DNA of 64,000 nucleotides from Candidatus Kerfeldbacteria bacterium (GCA_016193315.1 JACPSJ010000001.1:284446-348445); one strand, 5' to 3'; positions 9,701 through 17,735 are shown, numbered from the stretch's first letter. Numbers and translations: made by a program. The notes: generated by a model not told the origin, from the letters alone.

Positions 9701-11153
9701 GGAACGTGGCTGGGTCAGCCTCCGCGGGCTTAACTCCACCGACCCGCCGCTCGGCATCATCATCCCCGGCGGCGGGACATGGCTGTACGGCTGCCAAGTC
9801 TGCAGCGGCGCGGCCGTCGATTCACTGACCTGCCAGTTTTGCCAAGATGGAAAGAACCGTAGTTGTGCCCCGCCGCCGACCAGCTGCACTAATTTTTGCG
9901 ACGGCGACATTACCAAAGCGCACTGCTCGCAAAACGTCCATTGCCCAGGCGGCGAAGTGTGTAAACCGGCCGGATTCTGTGCTTGGAGCGGTGAGAGGTG
10001 CACATCCGATGCTGAATGTGTAGCCAGTAGTGGCGGCCGCTGCATTTTCGGCGCCCTCTGTCCGACCACCGGTTCCAGTTGCCAGGAGTATGGCGTCAAC
10101 TTGAGCTCAGAGAACGGTCGATTCTACGGCTATGCCTGGAGTCCGGATTACGGTTGGCTCGATTTCGGACTCCTCAGTCGGGGCAGCCGCCGCTACATCC
10201 AAGCCACGCTCGGCGACATCTACTCTCAGGGCGGCATTGGATCGGAAAGTACCCTCCCGGCGCCGAGCGGCAAGAGCAACGCCACCTTTGCCATCTCCGC
10301 CGCCGGCACGATTAATAACTTTTCCACCACGTTTGCGCCGGCGGCGGTTGACTTCGACGTTTCCCGTTCACTGGCGCCGTTCATCCCCTCGCTGACCGAG
10401 CGCAACAAGTACGCTTCGGCGCTCGGCCGACTCGATCTCGATGGCATTGCCAATGAAGCGACGGGGGGCAGCGGGATCAACAAGTATGGCTCGCGCATCG
10501 TCGCTTTGACGACCGCCGGCCCGAACGATGATATCGCCAGTGACTGGAACAGCCAGCTGGACCTGGGCGGTGGCAACACTGGCCGGTTGGACGGACGCGT
10601 GTTCAGGGCCGGCACCAGCGGCCAGACGCTGACGATTGAAAACGGTGTGCGGATTAGGAATGCCACTAACGCCGCCCCCTACCGTCACGGGTCCGGCATG
10701 CTGATCGTCGAGGGCGACCTGTACGTCAAGGAAGACGTCACCTATGGCGCCAGCACGGTCCAGGATTTGCGGACGCTGGCCTCGCTGATGGTCTGGGTCA
10801 AAGGGGACTTGATGATCGATAACCACGTGACCCAGCTGGCGGGAAATTACCTGGTCGAAGGCACCATCTGTACTGGCCAGAAAGAACCCTACGGGGCCGC
10901 GGACCCGCCGGCGTGCGATCCGGTCCGCGTCGGGCCGTTCGGCGGGCCGACGTCCGACAATGTCTTCCCCCTGACCGTCCGCGGCGTCATGCTGGCCAAG
11001 AAGTTCTTCTTCGCCCGCACCTTCGCCGGGACGATCGACAATCCCTCGCCCTCGGAGTTGGTCATCAACGATGGCCGACTGCAAACAAACCCCTTGCCCG
11101 GCCTGACGGACTTCGCCAATGTGCTGCCCAGCACGGTCAACACCGGTCCGTAG
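6792..11153 (+). CDS. giant (1453 aa) membrane-anchored Cys-rich surface protein
   Basis: Single long ORF. N-terminal TM anchor (FRLLILAVGLGFLLIIGGW). Several Cys-dense stretches (CSAGRCTENNLLCGGDSDC; CQFCQDGKNRSCAPPPTSCTNFCDGD...). The ORF is uninterrupted over 4.3 kb. Confidence 0.6.
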   Translation: MNKHLILPPRIRVARATYGFRLLILAVGLGFLLIIGGWNLFRATRAEFEVPLIDTTFLARADLRDVWSYFRNTRTLGSLSPDYTGSLGTNEFVHALAVGETTDGRASVIQLRNGKWEQVMPVAVNNGTEYRIDGAFNAIAGAYEDGGGYADFFVGGYDSTTGRAIIRSASTLDSRIFAGCSASAGRLQPCDLAMAFQNNNNQLYSLPGGSTEIYAMDAVPRFLGRKYAGGVNGLFLEWVQAPNATNTCSAGRCTENNLLCGGDSDCRSNRWDTVTAGPPFLGSSEDITGVALVQGDLTYITTSTFAGTKPYDRVCGAGQRSKLYRLVGRPTTGDWTTLIDTGGTGVCFYGLAADTKYTFPGDHGPLQGVVWIAAGRSDGSGAVYRFDEGTGVTSISSTAQGVTTPVYSVTALPDRGGDGQNILTNGDFEAWSVRSPIVTDPNVRPDQWPHTDESKWGRNNPGASCGQNSMDVRIVDSTQVAGVNGYGIRQAPGIYFDDQLKCLTNLSVDRKRNASASSYNRVDLSTIEGTTFKVSGRYKVTFDPAADSPQYPQGGVMIQCQGANYPSSVDCSFSNFREVRTLSQGNSSLDSRSDANGFINFSYTFSRQNNQFLTPILGGTSGPRVLERGEVLEIRCYATYGVDVVCDDLAVEPVNSPNKTPRFNYTVIAVGENDPGNPNAFVNRDGLGSTTFVPEDDTEWPDLNAVHGFGQQQVFTVGADSTILQRTPGNVLGYVWLGSASPVDLGRAGLGWISTTCINHRTPGGTLCLRSPESFALTVENNQLIGRAWVGKNYGTAPGGADKESANLGRCRRASLPSPTASGAPYDKSGACNTASRTCVANANQACLRDFDCYGRCEKNEGFICVSDADCRASPFAAAAPFDSTGSRLAREPRVGLECAQSNASPSACAGGGWLTFSASEFTDTPPNAINPNNDCGVSGGACLDAASGQLKGWGQFMTLAQSPAPNGDPERGWVSLRGLNSTDPPLGIIIPGGGTWLYGCQVCSGAAVDSLTCQFCQDGKNRSCAPPPTSCTNFCDGDITKAHCSQNVHCPGGEVCKPAGFCAWSGERCTSDAECVASSGGRCIFGALCPTTGSSCQEYGVNLSSENGRFYGYAWSPDYGWLDFGLLSRGSRRYIQATLGDIYSQGGIGSESTLPAPSGKSNATFAISAAGTINNFSTTFAPAAVDFDVSRSLAPFIPSLTERNKYASALGRLDLDGIANEATGGSGINKYGSRIVALTTAGPNDDIASDWNSQLDLGGGNTGRLDGRVFRAGTSGQTLTIENGVRIRNATNAAPYRHGSGMLIVEGDLYVKEDVTYGASTVQDLRTLASLMVWVKGDLMIDNHVTQLAGNYLVEGTICTGQKEPYGAADPPACDPVRVGPFGGPTSDNVFPLTVRGVMLAKKFFFARTFAGTIDNPSPSELVINDGRLQTNPLPGLTDFANVLPSTVNTGP

Positions 11154-11234
11154 TCTGGCGATGACAGCCAGCATCGCGATCCAATGCTATTAGGGCTTGG
11201 TGAGCAATGAACTTCTCCACAGCCCTTTTCGCTT

Positions 11235-11263
11235 TTGACGCCAAGTCGATTTTATGCTATACT
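11235..11263 (+). promoter_or_regulatory. sigma70-type promoter of the T4P operon (TTGACG-N17-TATACT)
   Basis: Near-consensus -35 (11235-11240) and -10 (11258-11263) with a 17-nt spacer in an AT-rich gap upstream of pilM. Confidence 0.45.
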
Positions 11264-11365
11264 GAAAATACATTTAGTCGTTGTTTTTGTTGAAAAAACC
11301 CGGAACGTTGGATCCTGGTAGAACGGTCAGGGTCTGAAACCCTATCGGCTCGAGGCCGGACCGGG

Positions 11366-12382
11366 ATGTTATGGCCACCTTTAATCCCAAACATAGTTTT
11401 CTACAATGGTCGGCCTCGGCTGATGACGTACGGGTACCTAGAGCAGGCCACGGACATCGTCAAGAGCGACGCGGTCAGCAGTAAGGCGGCGGTAGTGACC
11501 GGTCTCAAGACCCTCATCCACCAGGCCCACGTTACGACCAGCAAAATGGTGGCTGCCCTGCCGAGCTTCACGGTCTTTAGCTCGATTATTAGTCTGCCGC
11601 TGATGACGCGGAAGGAGTTGAATGCCGCCGTTCGTTGGGAAGCGAAGAAGTTCGTGCCCTTGCCGATCGATGAACTGGTTCTCGACTGGAAACTAGTCAA
11701 GGACACCACCCCAAAATCGAGTGATGAACAGACGCCCAAGAACCTCCGCGTCCTGATTACGGCCGCGCCCAAGAGTTTGGTCAAACGGTATTTGGATATC
11801 GCTAAGGACAGCGGGCTGCAAATGGTCAATCTCGAAACCGAAGCCTTGGCCCTCGAACGCTCGTTGATCGGCACCGATGTCGCGCCGGTGATGATCGTCG
11901 ACATCGGCGCCGTGGCCACCGACATCGCCGTCCTGGTCGACGGCATCCCGCTCATCAACCGCAGCATCGACGTCGGCGGCAACACCATCACCAAGTCGAT
12001 CGCCCAAAGCATGAACATTGACCTGGAACGGGCCGAACAGTTCAAACGCGATTTCGGCTTGGCCACCGGCCAGCAGTCGGTGTCGCAAGTGCCGAAGACG
12101 ATCGAGTTCGTGGTCAGCTCGATCATCAACGAAATCCGCTTCGTCCTCAACCTCTACCGCACCCAGGGTCAGCCGCCGGTGGAAAAGATCGTCTTGGCCG
12201 GCGGGTCGGCCTTCCTCCTCAACTTGCCGGAGTACCTGGAGAAAACTCTGTCGATAAAAACGTTCGTCGGCGATCCCTGGGCCCGCGCCGTTTACCCACT
12301 TGAACTCCAGCCAGCGCTCCAGGAAATCGGGCCGCGCTTCGCGGTGGCCATCGGGCTAGCCATGCGTGAGATCGTGTCCTAG
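11366..12382 (+). CDS. pilM: type IV pilus assembly protein PilM (actin-like ATPase fold); N-terminally short
   Basis: AVRWEAKKFVPLPIDELVLDWKL, LITAAPKSLVKRYLDIAKDSGLQMVNLETEALALERS and DIGAVATDIAV motifs align with PilM. There is no upstream in-frame extension (TGA at 11291), so the canonical first ~25 aa (GIDIGSxxIK hairpin) are absent. Confidence 0.8.
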   Translation: MLWPPLIPNIVFYNGRPRLMTYGYLEQATDIVKSDAVSSKAAVVTGLKTLIHQAHVTTSKMVAALPSFTVFSSIISLPLMTRKELNAAVRWEAKKFVPLPIDELVLDWKLVKDTTPKSSDEQTPKNLRVLITAAPKSLVKRYLDIAKDSGLQMVNLETEALALERSLIGTDVAPVMIVDIGAVATDIAVLVDGIPLINRSIDVGGNTITKSIAQSMNIDLERAEQFKRDFGLATGQQSVSQVPKTIEFVVSSIINEIRFVLNLYRTQGQPPVEKIVLAGGSAFLLNLPEYLEKTLSIKTFVGDPWARAVYPLELQPALQEIGPRFAVAIGLAMREIVS

Positions 12383-12461
12383 AAACTTTTTACACTCTCG
12401 ATTCGAATCAAACACCGTGGTCAATCTTAAATCCCATATCCTAAATCCTTAGCCCCGTGTT

Positions 12462-12558
12462 CCCGTTAGAGATAATCACCTCCATAGTTCGGAGCATACA
12501 CTTGTGATAGTAACCGCCCCATCCTCCACCAAGGCTTACGCCCTTAATCTCTAACGGG
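12462..12558 (+). promoter_or_regulatory. long-range stem (CCCGTTAGAGAT / ATCTCTAACGGG) enclosing an AT-rich CCTCC-containing loop, abutting the pilN start
   Basis: 12-bp perfect complementary arms at 12462-12473 and 12547-12558. The 3' arm ends 1 nt before the pilN ATG (12560). The loop carries CACCTCC and CCTCCACC (anti-SD-like). Confidence 0.3.
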
Positions 12559-12559
12559 C

Positions 12560-13480
12560 ATGCCCGACGTCAACTTACTACGTGACACCGAGTCCCCGGA
12601 ACTGCCGCCCAAGAAACCTCGGCGGCCCGGGCCACCGGAGTTGACCGATCCGGTCGCTCAAGGCGGAGGTTTGAGTAAGTTTTTTCAGTCGTTCCTCAGC
12701 CGGACTGGACGGCCAGGTCGAACGCCAACCCCGGCGGTCGGCGCTCGACGGGACAACAGCATCATGGGCCTCGGCCGATCGAAAGTCGACCAGCGGATCA
12801 TTAAAGAAGAAACGCGGGCTGGCCGACCGACCGTTATCCCGCTGCCAGAAGAGGAGGGCTTGGGCGTCAACCTGCTGGCCGAAGAGCTGTTTACGACGGT
12901 CAAGCCAAGGGAACGGCTGATCCAGTTGGGGGTTTGGACAGCCGGGGCCGTCGTCCTAGTCGGGCTGGCCTACGTCGGTCTAGCCTTAGCCGAGCGATCG
13001 GTGTCCCAAAGTATCAACTCCACCCGTCAAGAACTCCGCCAAGTTGAGTCCGACGTGGCGGCGCTCCAGGATGACCAGCGACAGATCATGGCGACCACCA
13101 AGAAAGTTGCGGCCATCCGATCGCTGATCGAAAATCACACTCGCTGGACGAACTTCTTCGCCAAACTCGAAGCCTACACGCTGCCGGAAGTCTTCTACGG
13201 CACGAACTTTAGCGGCGACATCAACGGGCAGCTAACGCTCAGCGCCCGAACCGACAGTTATGAGAACCTGGCCAAACAGTATCTCGTATTCACCGCGGCG
13301 GTGAAACAAAAAGATTTCATCAGCGCCTTCGAAATCAGCAGCGCCAGCCAGCAGGTTACCCCCGAGGGTACCGCGGTCACTTTCAGCGTCTCGCTGACAG
13401 TCGTCCCGTCGGTGTTTGCCAACACCAGTGTCGCGTCGACGACTACCGACACGGCCGACGATTCCGTCCGTAACCCATGA
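12560..13480 (+). CDS. pilN: PilN-like type IV pilus assembly protein with extended cytoplasmic N-terminus
   Basis: Starts MPDVNLLRD (PilN INLLP-type N-terminus). Single TM (VWTAGAVVLVGLAYVGLAL) followed by a coiled-coil periplasmic region. Position between pilM and pilO. Confidence 0.65.
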   Translation: MPDVNLLRDTESPELPPKKPRRPGPPELTDPVAQGGGLSKFFQSFLSRTGRPGRTPTPAVGARRDNSIMGLGRSKVDQRIIKEETRAGRPTVIPLPEEEGLGVNLLAEELFTTVKPRERLIQLGVWTAGAVVLVGLAYVGLALAERSVSQSINSTRQELRQVESDVAALQDDQRQIMATTKKVAAIRSLIENHTRWTNFFAKLEAYTLPEVFYGTNFSGDINGQLTLSARTDSYENLAKQYLVFTAAVKQKDFISAFEISSASQQVTPEGTAVTFSVSLTVVPSVFANTSVASTTTDTADDSVRNP

Positions 13481-14130
13481 AAGTTCCCGCCAGCTTAACC
13501 AGTTTTCTAGTCGACCACTTCCGCTGGGCGGCCGGGACGGTGATGGCCATCATCTTTATCCTCGGCTACTTACTGTTGCTGCAAGGGCGGATCGACACCC
13601 TGCGGACGGCAGGTTTCTTGGAACGTCGGAAGGTCGAGGCCGAACTCAACGCCCAGCGGCAATTCGCGCGGGACTTGCGGACCTCCGTCGACCGATTCCG
13701 TCAGGCGCTGACTCCCGACCGCCTGGAGGTAGTCGACCACTTTATCCCCACCGGCCCCGACTTTCCGGGCTTACTCCTCACCCTCGACAATATCGCCCGC
13801 TCAGCCAATCTGCGCCTCGACTCGATGATCGTTAGCCAAGCCGGCCAAACGGGCAACCTCGGGGACGAGGCGACGGCCAGCGGGGAGGGCGCCGTCAGCG
13901 CCGCCACGATTAGCGGGGTCAACCTCCGGACCCAGGATGTGTCCGTTCTGGTTTCCGGCGGCGCGAGCTATGATCACTTTAAGCGCTTTATTTCGTTGGT
14001 CGAGTCCAGTCAGCGGTTGCTTGACGTTATCACTCTCAACTTCGTGACGCCCCAAAAAGATGAATCAGAGGCCTCCGAATCTTACGGTATCGTCGTCCGG
14101 ACATACTATTTACCAGATGAACAAGCCTGA
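13477..14130 (+). CDS. pilO: PilO-like type IV pilus assembly protein
   Basis: Single TM (AAGTVMAIIFILGYLLLL), then coiled coil and a C-terminal domain. Translationally coupled with pilN (ATGA overlap). Confidence 0.6.
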   Translation: MKVPASLTSFLVDHFRWAAGTVMAIIFILGYLLLLQGRIDTLRTAGFLERRKVEAELNAQRQFARDLRTSVDRFRQALTPDRLEVVDHFIPTGPDFPGLLLTLDNIARSANLRLDSMIVSQAGQTGNLGDEATASGEGAVSAATISGVNLRTQDVSVLVSGGASYDHFKRFISLVESSQRLLDVITLNFVTPQKDESEASESYGIVVRTYYLPDEQA

Positions 14131-14133
14131 GCC

Positions 14134-14409
14134 ATGGCGCTGGTAAAGAAACGATCAAATTCCGCCCGCTTGTTCCTGGTGCTGGTCGTGGTGGTGGCCA
14201 TTGCCGGCGTCGGTTATTTCTTAGTGCAACAATTCATCGCCCCCTCGCCAGGCGGCCCGGATGACCAAGCCAATCGGAATCGGGCAGTCATTACAAATTT
14301 TGGCGAAGGCATTCTCAACGACGATCGCTACCGCGCCCTACGGTCCTTTGAACGAACCATCTCGGTCAACGTCAACGCCGACGCCGGTAATCCTGATCCG
14401 TTCCAGTAG
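14134..14409 (+). CDS. small membrane protein (possible PilP-like component)
   Basis: 91 aa with an N-terminal TM (LFLVLVVVVAIAGVGYFLV). Ends ...AGNPDPFQ. Sits between pilO and pilB. Confidence 0.4.
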   Translation: MALVKKRSNSARLFLVLVVVVAIAGVGYFLVQQFIAPSPGGPDDQANRNRAVITNFGEGILNDDRYRALRSFERTISVNVNADAGNPDPFQ

Positions 14410-14411
14410 CC

Positions 14412-16166
14412 ATGGCCCCGCCACCAGTTGCCACCACCGCCTCGCTGGCTGATATTCTTCTCCGCGAGAACGTTCTTAGCCCTACCAAGATCGGCGAACT
14501 ACAAGCCGAAGCCCAGCGCGCCCACGAGACGCTCGACCATATCATCGAACAATCGGGGGCGGTGCGGGAGGAAGATTTACTGCGGGCCAAGTCGGCCCTG
14601 TACAACCTGCCGGCAATTGACTTGTTCGGCAAGATCGTCCGGGCGGAAATCCTGAACATCATTCCGCCGGAGCTGGCGGAAAACTATCGGATGGTCGCCT
14701 TCAATCGAGCCGGCGACGAGGTGGCGATCGCCATGGTCGACCCGACGAATTTCCAGGCCCTCGAGGCGGTGGAATACTTGGCTCGCAAACATAATTTGCG
14801 CATCAAGTACTACTTGACGGCCGAGGCCTCACTGAAATACGTTCTCCGTCAGTACGAGAGTCTGTCGGCCGAAGTAGAGGAAGCGCTGAAAGGGGCCGAG
14901 GCCGGGGCGGCCAAGCAACTCGGGGCCGTCGAAATTTCGGAAAAAGGGCTGGAAGAGGTAGTCAAAACAGCGCCGGTCTCGAAAATCGTCTCGGTCGTGC
15001 TCCGTCACGCGGTCGAGGGCAAAGCTTCCGACGTCCACATCGAACCGGTGGGCAACGAAACCCGAATTCGTTACCGCATCGACGGTATCCTCCACACCTC
15101 GTTGACCTTGCCGAAGCACGTCCACTCCGCCCTGGTCGCCCGGATTAAAGTTCTATCGAATCTGAAGATCGATGAAACCCGCGTCCCCCAAGATGGCCGT
15201 TTTCGGATGGTCATCGACGGCCGCAACATCGACTATCGGGTCTCGACGCTGCCGCTGATCAGCAACGAAAAGGTGGTGATGCGGATCCTGGACACGAGTT
15301 CCGAGCTGATTACGCTCGAGCACCTTGGTTTCGAGGGCAAGAACATGGAGGTTATGCAGGAAGCGGTCACCCGCTCGCACGGCATGTTTCTCATCACCGG
15401 GCCGACTGGGTCGGGCAAGTCAACCACCCTCTATGCGTTGCTGAACATTCTCAACGAAGAAGGAGTCAATATCATCACCCTCGAAGATCCGGTCGAATAT
15501 TACATGACCGGGGTCAATCAATCGCAGGTCAACCCAGACGTCGGTTTGACCTTTGCCGCCGGCTTGCGCTCAATTCTCCGCCAAGACCCGGACATCATCA
15601 TGGTCGGCGAGGTCCGGGACAACGAGACCGCCGCGCTGGGCGTCCACGCCGCCCTGACCGGTCACATCGTCCTGTCGACCCTCCACACGAACGACGCCAT
15701 CGGTGCCATCCCCCGTCTGATCGACATGAAGATTGAGCCGTTCCTGATCGCTTCGTCCCTGAATGTGGTCATGGCCCAGCGGCTGGTTCGTCGCGTCTGC
15801 CAACACTGCAAACGCGAGTTGCCGATGCCGAAGGAAATGGAATCGTTAGTGGTCGAGGGCCTGCACGGATTGGCGCGCGATCGCCTACCGAAGGATGTCA
15901 AGTTGACGCCGCCACTTCGCATTTGGCAGGGCCAGGGCTGCGCGCGATGCGAGAACTCGGGCTACAAAGGCCGAGTGGCCATTTCCGAGGTGCTGGAGAT
16001 TACGGAGGGGATGAAGAAGATAATCGTCGCCGGTGGCGACCTGATGGAGAACATCCACACCGAGTTCGTCACGCAGGGCATGTTTTCTATGAAGCAGGAC
16101 GGGATTATTAAGGCCCTTCGTGGGCTAACAACGGTCGAAGAGGTGCTCGACGCCACCCGGGCATGA
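14412..16166 (+). CDS. pilB: type IV pilus assembly ATPase PilB (GspE family)
   Basis: N-terminal GSPII_E_N-like domain. Canonical Walker A ITGPTGSGKSTT, Asp box ITLEDPVEY, Walker B DPDIIMVGEVRD, His box LSTLHTNDA, and the CxxC...CxxC tetracysteine. Confidence 0.9.
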   Translation: MAPPPVATTASLADILLRENVLSPTKIGELQAEAQRAHETLDHIIEQSGAVREEDLLRAKSALYNLPAIDLFGKIVRAEILNIIPPELAENYRMVAFNRAGDEVAIAMVDPTNFQALEAVEYLARKHNLRIKYYLTAEASLKYVLRQYESLSAEVEEALKGAEAGAAKQLGAVEISEKGLEEVVKTAPVSKIVSVVLRHAVEGKASDVHIEPVGNETRIRYRIDGILHTSLTLPKHVHSALVARIKVLSNLKIDETRVPQDGRFRMVIDGRNIDYRVSTLPLISNEKVVMRILDTSSELITLEHLGFEGKNMEVMQEAVTRSHGMFLITGPTGSGKSTTLYALLNILNEEGVNIITLEDPVEYYMTGVNQSQVNPDVGLTFAAGLRSILRQDPDIIMVGEVRDNETAALGVHAALTGHIVLSTLHTNDAIGAIPRLIDMKIEPFLIASSLNVVMAQRLVRRVCQHCKRELPMPKEMESLVVEGLHGLARDRLPKDVKLTPPLRIWQGQGCARCENSGYKGRVAISEVLEITEGMKKIIVAGGDLMENIHTEFVTQGMFSMKQDGIIKALRGLTTVEEVLDATRA

Positions 16167-16582
16167 CGCGTTCTATGACCACCGCCAACCACAGCCAGAC
16201 CAAGATTCTGATCGTCGAGGACGATACGTTCCTGGCCGGCATGTACGTCACCAAGCTGGGGATGGAACATTTTGCCACCGACTTGGCGAGCGACGGTAAA
16301 AGCGGACTGGAAAAAGCTAAGAAGTTTGCGCCCGACCTCATTCTGCTGGACGTGCTACTGCCAAAACTGAACGGCTTCGACGTCCTCCGATCATTGAAGC
16401 GTGAGCCGAGCACGCGCCATATCCCCGTCATCCTGCTAACCAACCTCGGTCAAAAATCCGATGTCTTGAAAGGGCTCGAACTCGGCGCCAGCGACTATCT
16501 GATCAAAGCGCACTTTATGCCGTCGGAGGTGGTCGATAAGATCAAGCAAACGCTCCGGCGTGCGCATCCCCGCTCGCGATGA
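16163..16582 (+). CDS. stand-alone response-regulator receiver (CheY-like REC) protein
   Basis: ILIVEDD...DLILLDVLLP...LTNLG...IKA carries all REC signature residues (DD, phospho-Asp, T, K). No output domain. Confidence 0.8.
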   Translation: MTRSMTTANHSQTKILIVEDDTFLAGMYVTKLGMEHFATDLASDGKSGLEKAKKFAPDLILLDVLLPKLNGFDVLRSLKREPSTRHIPVILLTNLGQKSDVLKGLELGASDYLIKAHFMPSEVVDKIKQTLRRAHPRSR

Positions 16583-16664
16583 TGATGGTCACTGCTGGCG
16601 ACCGATATCCCACCGCCTGGCCCACCGAATCAACGTTAACTGACATTCGGAGTTTCTAGCCGGA

Positions 16665-17735
16665 ATGGGCGCCACGGACACCATCATTCTCAACCGCATC
16701 CTGACTACCGCCGCTGGCCTGCGAGCCTCTGATCTTCATTTTCTCATTGGCAGCTCGCCGATACTGCGAGTCGAAGGCCGGCTGACGCCGCTCAACGACG
16801 AGCCGCCGGTCAGCGCCGATTTCATGGAATCGATTATCGCCACCTTCTTGTCCGAAACGCAGCGTCAGCACCTGACCCAGAACAAAGAAATCGTCGTCGG
16901 CCACAGCCTGAATCCCCAAGTTCGTTTCAAGGTCAGTGCCTTCTACCAGCGCGGTTCGCTGACGGTGACGCTGCACTTCATCAGTGCCGAACTGAAGCGG
17001 GTCAAGGATCTTGGCTTGCCGGAGGCGGTCGCCGGATTCGTCCGCCTGACCAAAGGCCTGGTGCTCATCACCGGGCCGTACGGTGCCGGCCGGACCACGA
17101 CCATGAATGCCATCATTAACGACATCAACGAGTCGCGGACGGTCAATCTGGTGACCATTGAGCAGCCGATCGAGCACCTGTTCGTCAACAACCAGAGCAT
17201 TATTGAGCAACGCGAGGTTGGACGAGACGCCCTCTCCTACGAGCAGGCCATCCGCACCGCCAGCCGAGAGGATGTCGACGTCATTGTGGTGTCCGAGTCC
17301 GAGGGCCAAGAGGTGCTGGCCGCCATGCTCGACGCGGCCGAGGCCAGTCGACTAGTCATTTCGACCATGAACACCGATTCCGTCCTGGGGACGATCGAAA
17401 AGATCCTGAATAGCTTCCCGGCCGATGAGGTGCCGAAAGCCCGGGTCCAGCTGTCGAACGTCCTGTCCGGCATCATCAGTCAGCGGCTGTTGCCGAAAGT
17501 GGGCGGCGGGGTGGTAGCGGTGGCTGAGGTGATGATCCCGACCGGCCCGGTGCGGGCGGTCATCCGCGATGGGGCGATGGTCCAGCTCAACAACGTCCTG
17601 CAAACGTCGCGTCAGCCGGGGATGGTGTCGCTCGATCGTAGTCTGGCGCAGCTGGTGCGCGACGGCATCATTGTGGTTGAAGACGCGCTCATCCATGCCC
17701 AAGACCCGAATCAGTTGAAAGCGATGGTCAGGTAA
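16665..17735 (+). CDS. pilT: PilT-like retraction ATPase paralog with degenerate catalytic motifs
   Basis: Aligns end-to-end with PilT, but Walker A is GPYGAGRTT (Lys->Arg). Asp box is IEQPIE (Asp->Gln). Walker B is DVIVVSESEG instead of DIILVGEMRD. His box is STMNTDS (His->Asn). Confidence 0.8.
   Translation: MGATDTIILNRILTTAAGLRASDLHFLIGSSPILRVEGRLTPLNDEPPVSADFMESIIATFLSETQRQHLTQNKEIVVGHSLNPQVRFKVSAFYQRGSLTVTLHFISAELKRVKDLGLPEAVAGFVRLTKGLVLITGPYGAGRTTTMNAIINDINESRTVNLVTIEQPIEHLFVNNQSIIEQREVGRDALSYEQAIRTASREDVDVIVVSESEGQEVLAAMLDAAEASRLVISTMNTDSVLGTIEKILNSFPADEVPKARVQLSNVLSGIISQRLLPKVGGGVVAVAEVMIPTGPVRAVIRDGAMVQLNNVLQTSRQPGMVSLDRSLAQLVRDGIIVVEDALIHAQDPNQLKAMVR

Noticed and set aside
11300-11365. 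tRNA-like look of GGATCCTGGTAGAACGG...CAGGGTCTGAAACCCTA in the pilM leader
   Set aside because: A D-arm-like and an anticodon-arm-like hairpin can be drawn, but there is no T-arm (GTTCRANYC) or acceptor pairing.
11401-12150. 249-aa antisense ORF opposite pilM
   Set aside because: The PilM homology on the plus strand is unambiguous, so the antisense ORF is a GC-driven artefact.
12477-12500. Possible 16S rRNA 3'-end fragment (AATCACCTCCATA)
   Set aside because: Only the 7-nt CACCTCC core matches. The flanking sequence does not resemble 16S helix 45.
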